Assembly (NCBI GenBank): GCA_002633005.1
Contig: NMRA01000242.1
Span: 284,868-348,867 of the forward strand
Length of the DNA stretch: 64,000 nt
From: Phoronis australis
Taxonomy: Eukaryota > Animalia > Phoronida
Reading direction: 5' to 3'
The stretch's first letter is position 1. Every line of letters starts with the position of its first letter. Both the position numbers and the translations under genes were made by a program. This document shows, in pieces, positions 40,301 to 52,300 of this stretch. Under the pieces are notes generated by a model. That model worked only from the letters and a program-made list of their open reading frames with translations. It was not told the DNA's origin and did no database searches.

Positions 40301-43300
40301 TAAGCACCTCTCACATATCCTAGAGAGGACCAAATAAGACCAATATAACTAGGAATAATTTTGTACAAAACGCTAAAAGTAATCACAAATAAAACATCCA
40401 TACTCTTTAGAATCGGTAAAAAGTACTGTCCACTCAATACTCCTCATCAAAGGAAAGATAAAACTACATATTAGCTTGCCAAGCATAATGAGATTATTAA
40501 GTAAAAAGAGAGAAATTACCCTACATTTAGTGGACCAACACCAAGAGCAGAGCAGTACAGCTCATGAGTTGACGAGGATAACAGTGCGTGAAGTATGAAC
40601 CCAGTAGAGGTGCTGCTGGTTGTTTGCTCACACTATAGACACCAAGACATGTCAATAGACCTGTTATTTTTAATCTCTCTGGCCAATGAAAACGACGTTC
40701 CAAACGAGGTTTTTTTATTGAACACCACACAGTAAATATTAGCTCACCTTGGTTGCAGGAATGGAAATCACCTTCTCACCTCAGAAGCATTGTGCAAATG
40801 CAGCTTGTAAATACATTGATTAAGTTCAAACCTACCGGCTTTCAAGTGCACATGGAACATTACAGTGAAGTAACCAAAGTGTGATCTCCATAAACATGAT
40901 GGATATTCTGTGAATTATCCACTTATTACCTGCCATCCATAAACTGTGAGATTGCCCCTTGACAGGTCCATACCATAATTATAGGTGACAAGTACTACAT
41001 GGTAAATGGTCATTGACCACCTTGTACAGAGTGAGAAAGTGTTGCTTTTTCACTATGATGTAGCAGCAGAAGTCCCTTCCCCAGACTAACAATATCACTA
41101 ACCCTGTACATATAACACGGCTATAATCTATAAACCTGTGATCCGTCCAAGAAGCAAACTTCTCATTTAGAACACATTGTTTCTTTCTCGAGCGAGAAAT
41201 GATTTCTGAGTTTCAAAAGAACTGGTAGTTCATTATTCTTTGAGAACATTTCAATATATACAAGAGCAATGCAGAGCATTGAAATGCGTCCACGAATGCG
41301 TCGCAAATGGTGTGCTTTTAGGGTTATTTATTTGTATCATAAAAGTGGCCACTAGATGACACAACAACATACAATCCATCCAGAAACGAGAACATGCCAT
41401 AGTTCATAAAACCTGTCAAGGAACTTCAGAGAAACAAAGGAAAACAGAACAAAATGAAATTGCCACTTGTGGGCGCAGCACCCGTTCCATCCGCCTGAAA
41501 GTCGTCGTCTGTTATCTCCAATAAATCCACTTACTAAATTTAATAAAGATCCTGCATTGGGTTTTGGGGATACAGCTATGAATGCAAAACAAAACAAAAC
41601 TACCACTAGGAGGCGCCATCATCAAACGTCCTCTTCACACTGAAAACATGTAAGCCAATTTTCAAAACCATCCCTAGAATGATTTGGTTGATCGAGGGGT
41701 GGACGCCAAAAAGAAGATTTGAAAACAGCAAAAATGGCCACCAGGTGGCGCAACATACCTTGATTCCATCCAAAAACAGGATGATAGCGTCATCTCCCCA
41801 ATAGATGCCTATATTAAAAATTTTATGAAAATCTGCGAGGACTTATAAAGATACAGACTCGTAAATGTAAAAAACTAAAATTGCCACTATGGGGCACACC
41901 AGAAGTCAGATCCGTCCAAGTCGTTGTCGTCCATTGTCAACATCATATAAATATACTTGCTAAATTAAGTAAAGATCCTGCAAACAGTTCAATAGATACA
42001 GCCTTGAGCGCAAAAAAAAAACTGCCACTAGGAGGTGCCACAGTAGTCAAACTCATCGGAAAATCGTTGTCAGTCGTCCACTTCATAGTAAAAACATACA
42101 TGCAAATTTTCACAATTATTCTGGAAGTTGTTTGGTTGATAGACGAGTGGACGCCAAAAAACAGACTCGAAAACAGTAAAAAGGGCCACTAGGTGGCGCA
42201 AACTAGGTCATATCCATCTGAAAACGGAGAGATAACGTCACCTCATTAACAGATGCCTGTATGCCAAATTTTATAAAATATGTTGAGGACCTTTGAAAAT
42301 ACAGAGGTAAACGTAAAAAAAATAAAATTGCCACTAGTTGGCACACCAGTAGTAAGATCCGTCTGAAAATCGTCGGCCTCTGATGCTAACATCATATAAG
42401 TACACCTACTAAATTTAGTAAAGATCCAGGGAACGGTTTAGGGGATACAGCCATAGGCGCAAAAAAATCAAAACTGCCACTAGGAGGTGCCACAGTAGTC
42501 GAAGTCGTCGGAAAATCATAGTCACCTGTCCACTTTATAGTAAGAACATATGTGGCAATTTTCACAATCATCCTTTGAGCGGTTTGGTTGATAGAGGTGT
42601 GGATGCAAAAAAACTGACTTGAAAACAGTAAAAATGGCCACTAGGTGGTGCAAACTACGTCAAATCCATCTGAAAACGTTCAGGACTTTTGAAGATACAC
42701 AGGTAAACATAAAAAACTAAAATTGCCACTAGGGGGCACACCGGTAGTCGGATCCGTCCGAAAGTTAACTCATGCTGTCCCAACCACGGAAGGAACACAT
42801 GTGCAAAATTTCATGAACATATGTCACGGCGTTTTGGAGATAGAGCAGCAGACGCTGGACGGACATCGGATGGACGGACGGACGGAGATGACGGCATAAT
42901 GCGTCCACATATAAAATATGTGGGCGCATAAAAATGACATGGTGGCAGTGAAACAACTTGTACAAGGGGTCTCATATTTTGATAACCAGTTTTCTCAACT
43001 GAATAACAGACATCAACTGGTTCTTAAAGTCTGGGACCCCAGTAAGTGACTAGCTGAGCCTGGTCTCAAGCACTCAGGACTTTTCAAAGCTCTGAAATCA
43101 CCTCCAACTTGACTTTGAAACCAATTTCAAAATCGTGATTGGTCAAAATTTTTGTGACTGAAGACAAGTTCATATCTCCTTTAACAGTTCAAAACAACAG
43201 ATGCAAGCAATCAAGTTGTATCTACAGCACAAATAAGAAACCATAACAGTACAGGTACCGCAAAGGAAAGAACACGAATCTTAGTTTTAGGTTTGTCATT

Positions 43301-46300
43301 TGTTTAACAAGAAAACTTGATGCCCAGCGCCACCTCTTGTAGTCAAAAGAAAGTATGATTGTTACTAAGTAACAAAATATCAACAAATTTTAAGAACTTT
43401 CATCACTTACCATAAAAAGAAAGAAGTTTTTAATAAAAATTAAGCAAGTACTGGCATGCATTTCCTGCAAACTGCTACATGGACATTGATAAATCTATCA
43501 GCTAACTCTGGAAGCACAAACTTCATTTCTGAACAGACAGACTGGTGTCTGTTACTTAACACTACATGTCAGTGTTCACCTGTCACTCACTAAGCCCAGC
43601 AGTCCATTAATGCTGAAGGGCCAAATATCTCAAGTATGAGTTAATGAACGTAAATGACAGGCATCAATGTATGTTGACATTTTCAAAACAAGCTAAGAGC
43701 AACTTACTATGACTGTCCAGGGTATGGCTTGACAAGGAACAACTAGAAGACCTGACTGTTTAATGACCAAGTCAGAAAACAATTTGAAACCCAACTGAAC
43801 AGTCAGATACACAAAATCCATAAGCCAAATTGAACAAAATGAGTGAATAACCCTGGTGATCGACTATATAGCTAAAGGCAGGGACCATATAGCTAGACCC
43901 ATGCTCCATACAGTTAAATGCATATACTATACAGCTAAGCACATGGACCATATGGCAAGATGCATGACCCATATAGCTACACAAATGGACTATACTGATT
44001 GACGCATGGACTATAGAGCTAGACGCATGGACCATATAGCCAGTTGCATGGACCCCATAGCTATATGCAAGGACCATAGAGCTAGAGCATGGATCATATA
44101 GCCAGATGCATGTACCAATGCATGTACCATACAGCTAGTTGCATGGACCTGTAGCTAGACACATGGAACTTATGGCTAAGACAAAAAGGAACCATATGGC
44201 TAGATGCATGGACCACATTGATAGATGCAAGGTCCATGTAGCTAAACGCATGGACTATACAGATTGATGCATGGACCATATAGCATGGAGTAATACATTC
44301 AGCAGCAAACCCTGACCAACTATGGTAATTCTCCATCTGTGTAGCACACAATCTGGCAGACAACTAGTTTTTTGGTCCATAAATTTCTCAGCAGAAGTTG
44401 TGTACTGAGAAGATGTCATAAAACAACATTTGATTAAGTTTCCCTTATTTGCAGGAAGTCAATCAACCTCTCTGAAAAATAGAAAAATCACAATTTTGGC
44501 AATTATTTTTTGTGTAAAAGCTGTGAAGACTCACTGAATGGCCACACATCTGTATGCACCCAAGGAAAATGGTCCAAATCAACCTTGTTACAGAAGCTGC
44601 ATTCTGCATTGTTTCTCATAACCAACCTCTTGGTGTCAATGTTAAACTGGTCACCCACTTTGTAACTAATCAAATATTAAGCAAAATATCTACAAACCCT
44701 TCATATCTAGACAGGTATATAAGTAGTGTTACCTGAACACAGGTGTAAAATATGTCACAGCTACTCCAGACATTAAGAAGTGAAAATGATAACGTAACTA
44801 AAATACCCGACAGGTTGAAACGAGAAAATCCAAGCCACTCACCTTAGCAGGTGAACGTCCAGTGTGGCCACACACCAAATGTAACAACTGCATGTATTAC
44901 AATACAGGCTGGGTCTCTAAATCTAACGACTAGACTTAACAGACAGTTGTTATTGAGATAGTATAGGGGCTACTGTAAATCACAACTGAGAGCAGAAGGT
45001 GCATCATAAGACTGTTCTTACATACAACAAACACAGTATGTTAACAAGTAGAGGTACCACCAACATACCACTCGCAATTATGTGCTTCCTTCCAAGATAC
45101 ACAACATTACTCAGACCCCAGTTGCTCGACACACCCATAGCTCAGGTATTAATGTCATGGTATGCAAAATGAAACAATGGTTGTTGTAGATATGGATCAT
45201 AAGATGAAGTGGGAACTTACATTGCGAAGTCGTCTGTCAACTTCTTGTTTTATCTGCTCACTCCTGTAAAAATGAAATATTCAAATATCACTGTCACTTG
45301 AATTTATGAAATAGCTATGTCTTTAGTCACAGGTAAAAAAGTCGGTCAGGTGACACCTGCCAGGTGAAAATGATAAATCAGACGATTGGTACAATAGGCT
45401 AGATGATATGTCACTGAACCGCGAACTTGTCTGAAGTCTGCATAAACAAAGGCTGTTCTCAATTCACAAATAAATGTTGGACACAACTAAATTTTTACAT
45501 TCCACTTTTAGCTAAGTCAACGTCATTAGTCCAATTTAAATATTAATCTCAATAATTAACGTGTTGTGCATGTGACACGGAATAAAGAAATGTGGCCTTG
45601 AACACCATTATTGGTCAGTATCACCAGGAACAACTTCCCCTGGAACCTGTTTCTCAACTGTCCATGTCCAAAGCCCAATCATACAACTTCCTAACAGGTT
45701 AATGATTGGTTGATACGACAGTAGTCCAGTGAGGCAGCAGTACATATAGCTGCGTGTAAACCAGAGCAGCTGACACAGAACAGCTGATCGGGCCCAAGTA
45801 TGTATGTAAACACAACTGATACGCAGCAAATTCATACACCTGCAGTCAATTTTGTTACTAGGTTGAGGAGTAGAGCACGTTGCACGTGATCCGTTGCTGC
45901 GGCATTAACTACACTTCTAAACACAAACTGGGGCACAGCAGAAGAGGTCATATTATATTGTGCTTGCGCAACAGGGTAAACACCCTGTTATGGATGTTTG
46001 CTATTGTTAATCCGAACATGCACACTTCATGTAAATAGTGCAGATCCAGTTCACAATGATGTCATGTAAATGCGACTGAAGTGGTGCAACTCGCGCAGTG
46101 AAAACTTGCACCGTTTCAAGTGTTCTTTTTGTATAAACGGCTATTGAGAAAAGTAACATGAGTACACACACAAAAAATTGGGGGAGTTATGACAAAACCT
46201 CAGTCAAGCAAATGATGAAATTACCCATTGGGTTGAGACATGATTGGGTTCAGGACATGCAAACTTAATGTACACCTGGGAGTGTGCTCATAGAATAAAA

Positions 46301-49300
46301 AAGAACATGCCCTTGCACAAGTTATCCTACAACAGCTGCATTAGAAAGTGTTGAACTATTGTCATTGTTAGTATGATACTGACCTAGCTGCTGGCTTACA
46401 TATCCATGGGGAATGACATTACAAAAATTGCAAGAGTTGATTGTTTTTTAATGCATTCAAATAACAGACCATGAGGTTCACTGCTTAGATAAAAGTTAAT
46501 CTCTCCCCACTCTACTAAAACTAATCAATAAATTGCCTGTTGACCAAATACTTGCAGAGGTATAACAAACAGTTTGCCTGACTTGGGACAGTTTATCAAT
46601 TTCAGAATTTCTGCCTCCTTCAACAGTACTGTTGATGGATTACTGACAAGAATCCAGTAGATTTACTTGACAAGAGCCAGTCAACATCTGTACGACACTC
46701 CATCACCAATGGATAGAGGCACTTACTCAGCAATTGCTCGATTTGACAAATCTTGCAGGTCTCCGGGATCAAAAAGTTGAGCTCGCTTCAGGCCAAAGTG
46801 TTCTTCACATGCCCGTAGGAATACGTTTAAGTTGTCCTGAAAGACACAATGCAAATATTGGAATAGTTCAATGTATTTGGAGAACTGACATAATTGTCAT
46901 TGTCTAGACATCTCTAGCTGAACAACTACAAGGAGTTTATAGTCATTGTAAGTCTAAGGTCATTACATCTACAGGACAGCACATCAGACAAGTGCCATTC
47001 AAAAAGTTCAACTCTAAACCCTTACTCAAATAAAAAAGAAAGCAAAACGAGTCCTTCTCAAATAGGCCCAGTCCTCAACTTGTATGGCTGCGAGGTGGCG
47101 CCACTACGGTAGTTCAAAACAGTTGCCCAAATATTCGCCTCAGTTGGCATTCTGTCACGTATTTTGCTCGTTTTAAAGCATCCTCCATAGGGCACTGTTG
47201 TAAAAGATGGGACATTCACTTTGGAACCAGTTATGTTGTACTTTGTGCAATGCTTTCGAAGTTTTAGTCCAGTATACTCTTCATATTTTCAGGTAATATA
47301 CACTCTGTCACTGTGGAACAGAGAGGAAAAGCTTTCTGCACCTATTTCAACCCCAAACATAGCAAAAACTATGCCCACACCGCAATAGTACTCTAGACAA
47401 GGTACTCCTGCAATGGGTTGTAATAACGTTTAGCACTAACATAAGATGCAGCTACAGTATTTGGGTTGGGGCAACTTGACACGCGTGACAACTTACCCCA
47501 CATTATCGAGATAGGGCAATTAATGACACGCATGACAACTTACCCCACCTTATCGAGGTAGGGCAACTTGACACGCGTGACAACTTGCCCCACCTTATCG
47601 AGGTAGGGCAACTTGTTTTACAGTAACTTGCTCTAGTGCATTAGTCCTACTGTGGATGCAAAACTGCTAACAAGACAGAAGTATCATAATAACCAGCCCT
47701 ACGCTTACTCAGCTACATGCATGTGGATATCTAATAAATCCTGTCACAAGGTAGAGATGTGTGCGTGTGTAGTGTACACTCAGCTGAACGGGGGTAAGTT
47801 GTTATCTAGTAACTCACAGTGTAGACATGACTAAAGTATACTTTACAATCAGTATTCACCAGCCTTATTGAGGTCCCACTGTCAGTTTGTATTAAAGGTA
47901 AGAATCCTCACTCCATGATGACCTTTCAAATACATAGTTTTCAAGGTCAGTAACAACCCCATTTCAAAATGAACATTCACCAAGCTCACAGTAAGTCACT
48001 TGCTGTCCAGCAGACTATAGTCCTAGGTGTACAAAATATTGGAATCAAAATTGTGTGTAACACATTCCACAGTGATAAGCTCATCCAGAGGCAATCACAA
48101 TTGTCAATCATTTATTATAAACTATCCTTTTCCACACATCTCTCACTAAAATATAGAATCCTGTCATAAGTGAGCTAATCTTTACCTGCAGCTAAAGCAA
48201 ACAGTCCCTCACTTGTCTATTGTAGGCCAACTATTAATGCAACAACTGATCTACCTGTATCCTATTTCCAATCATGAGGATAGAATAGATCTCAAACGAA
48301 ATTAATGTACTATAACAATAGAAAGAGCTGAGGCCAGAAAATAATCACACCACTTAATGAGAGCCAATTTACTGAGTATTCACTGTATGAGTGATAGTCT
48401 GCAGTGACATGAGCTGTGCTGTGTATAGTCCTCATCACCCCCCTAGTAGTCCCCACCAAAGACACCAGAAGCGTGTTCAACAGAGTGAGCGCCCACTAGC
48501 GTGTACTCGCGAACACAAGGAACAGCTCCTGAACAGCTGTGAGCGCTCACTGTGCGATCCAGTATGGTGACCGAAGCAGATTGTGTTGAACATCTTAGCC
48601 GATGAGCTTAACACTAACAGTCCTTCCTATGGCGTACTGAGCGATAAATATGATTAATCTTCGCCAATAATTATTAATATCGGCAGCCCAAGACAACAAC
48701 CGTGAAGGTTTTGGCCCGACAAGAATCGAAAATTATGTCGAGGAAACTGTTCCTCGCTACAGCGACCCGCAATTTAAGTCGCAGTTTCGGATGAGTCGGT
48801 CAACTTATGAGGTTAGTTTTCGTGTTGCAGAACCATAATGGGTTCATATGTTGCAGACGTGAAACCTTCGCAGGACGCTATCTTGGAAATCTAAGCGAAC
48901 ATGCTCTCGAGGTTGTTCGCGAGCGCTCACGAGCGCTAACGTGAACACAGCTGTTCAGGACGAGGGCGCTCAAATCGCTCGCGGGCGCTCACTCTATTGA
49001 ACACGCTTCAGGATGTCATGGAGGAAACACCCAAACACCTTCCCTGGATGCCCACCTTCAACACCAGGACACACAACACCACAGTAGCCCCACCTATTGA
49101 CAGCTACAGATTGTACAGGCCTCAATGGCATTGAACACTGCACACACGAGATTGAAATGGACATACCTGAACTAATACACACACGATGTCAAATGTAAAA
49201 TTCATGAATGATAACCCCAAACAATGGTGACATATTTTTAACATGGTACATGCAAACAACTAAAAATCAATTACCGTATTCTTCCTAATAATGGCCCAGG

Positions 49301-52300
49301 GCACTTAGAAAATTTTGTTTCAGGGGGGCGCTTATTGATAGCCGGTCTCCAAAACGGGTGAAATCGGAAGCTAAGATTCATCATATTTACGCTCTATGAC
49401 GTATCTGTAACCTGTGACAGACTTTCTACAAAATTGTGGTGTATTGCTATCAAACTTTGCTGTTAAATTACGATCATTTTACAGAAAATTGTGCTGAAAT
49501 CCCAGGGCGAAAATTCACCGACTGACTGCCTCGCAATCGTCGATATGGCCACTTGAATGCTTGAAAAAAATACAGTTTTGACTCTAGGAAATTACCTGAA
49601 ATCCTCCTAAAGTTTTCCAAATAGCGTCCCTAAGATTTTTAAGTTCCCGTGGAGTTAATGGGATTAATGGCAAGTTAACTACAAATCTGTGCTACATCGT
49701 GCCATCTATGATCGGCAACACAAGAAAAATCTGGACGAACACACGTTGTTCTCATGTGATGTTTGTTTTGAAGTTTGTCTGCGTTCGTGAGTATGTGAGC
49801 GCGTGCGTGTCACCAGAGTTCATTTGCCAGAGTAAACACAATCTAACTAGCTGGATGTGCATTGTATCTAAAGAAATTAGCACAAGCAGTAGGCCTAAAG
49901 CAGAACGTGTTTCATTCAGCACTTGCCCGTCTCATGAGCTAAAAACGTTCGACATTTGTCTCGGTAAGGCCCACATTAGTTATATCGTGTGGCTGGATGC
50001 ATACGTGACTATCTGACAGTTATTTTTCGGTGTTATGGTGTCAGTGGTCATTTTATCGGATATTTGGCATAAAAACACCAATTATGATTGATCAAACAAC
50101 CCCTCTAAAAAATTTTTATAGTATTAGAAACTGTCGGTAATTAGTGCCAATATTCATTTCTTGCCGATGCTATGCTACCCATTTCATGAATGGATAGTTC
50201 CCGACTAATGTCTTTGATGACAAGTTCATGTATGTAGTGCACGCTTCCAGGCCACGTGCTTTTAACACTGGACAAGTTTTTTATTATTCTTCGATTCGCG
50301 GTTTTCACATGTACAAAGAAATTTGGATTCCTGTTGAGGGCGGGAAATATCTACAATACAATACCATAGACAAGTATACTACGTCTGTTCTGAAAGGCCA
50401 GACCATAGTGGGACACATTCCTCGCAAGATCAGCAAAACTTTTGTGTTTGTTTTGAGGCACGACGGAAGTTTGAAGTGTATCGTCTCGGTTAAATACCGA
50501 CATAGCGGCAAAGCTCGTGGTCTACAAACTCTGCGCACAATGATGTTTTTCGTGACTGTCGGATGTTATCGATAAACTGAAGACGTTACTGTAGAATTTT
50601 AGGACTGTAGGTAAGGCATTTTTCGCACGTACCCGTTAATGGGCTGGGCGCTTATTTTAGCATAGTCTGAAAACGCGTGGGGCGCTTACAGGGGCATGGG
50701 TGGTTATTAGGGCAAATACGGTACATAAATAATATCAAGATTTAATCCAGTACTCACAAAAATGCATAATACCAATGTCTATTTTAGTAAAAAGTAACCA
50801 GCCAGAAGCCCAAATCATGAACAATGCATAATAGCAGAAGTTTCAGTCCATTCTACACACATATCCAACCTAAAAGATGATTAAACCTAAATGTCACACA
50901 TAACAATACAACAAAACCGGTGTCATCCAATTAGAAGCATGACATTAACATTTCTGCCATGTCTGAGTGACCTGGCCTCATGAAGAGAGGACATAAATTA
51001 CTCATTCCACTTTTACCAGGTATAACATACAAATTATGACAGAAAACAACATCATTAACTGATCTGGAGAATCTCACATAACTTTGCTCTCTAAAAAGCT
51101 CAACTGTCCAATGTCTCAATGTCTTTCACTTTAACATTTGCATTTTTAAATGTTACAATATTTATTAAACCACTGCTATGACAGATAGGTTTACCTGGAA
51201 CAGATTACTGTGCGTCACTACCAGTAGCGTTAAGCAACACAGTAGCCTTGTCACCTCATAACCATCTCACACACATAACATGTTCTTACAACTCAGCCTA
51301 AATGAAGTCTAATAAATTCTAAACATGTAACAACCATCTGTCACTGGCCACTAGGTTGTCAGTGTGCAGCAGATACTCCTTACCTGGAATTAAAAAATTT
51401 ACTACAGTGGGCTTGACCTAAACTCGACATTTAAACGTCAACCACAGCACTACAAACAGTGTTAGTATTGTAGGCTGGCTGGAAATCGATAATAACCTTC
51501 AGGCATTGACCCAAAAGATGTCACTTCATTGAAAGTTATATTTCATCACAAATGATGCATAAAACTGGTCAACAACATACTTGCCAAAAGTTTCTTAGTT
51601 TTGCTCAGTGCACTACCTTTAGTACACTAAATTCTGTGAATAACTTAACAAACTCATGCTGTGTTTTATCATAATTTCAAGTTCCTAACCTGGCTGTCAG
51701 TGTCTATCTTCACCCTGTTGTGGTGTGTTTAATGACCCGTCACGGTCACCCACCTCACTCGGACAAAAAGACTGGTGGCATTTTAATTTCATCGCTCACT
51801 GAATTAAAATAAGACACAAAACAACTAAAAATTTTTTTATCGTCAAAATAAATCCATGTCTAGACATGGGATAGGTGGCCTACAATGCAAACAAACTTAA
51901 GTCAAAGCTAACAATCAACATTTTCCACCCAGGACTTCTGGTAAAATAGGTGAATAAGTAAAAATACAATTCAATCAAAACTTAAAACTCACAAATAACC
52001 TAGAATTGGCTGGAAATCTGATTGCAGTTTGGTGTTATCTTTCTCTCCAGTGAGTAAAAATACCTTCAAATATGATGTCTTCCTCCTGAGACAGACTCAT
52101 GTCTGGCACTATACAGAGATCTAATCAGTTGTTAGACTAGTAACTGATGACTACCAGGTTAGCAAACTAATTGACAAAGCAAAAATTAGCTAATAAAACA
52201 TTCAGCTGATAACAGCTCACTTGTGTAGATTAGTCTTATCAACACAAAATGTACATGGTGGAATTAGCTCAAGACTTAGGTCCACCTAAATACTCGGAGT

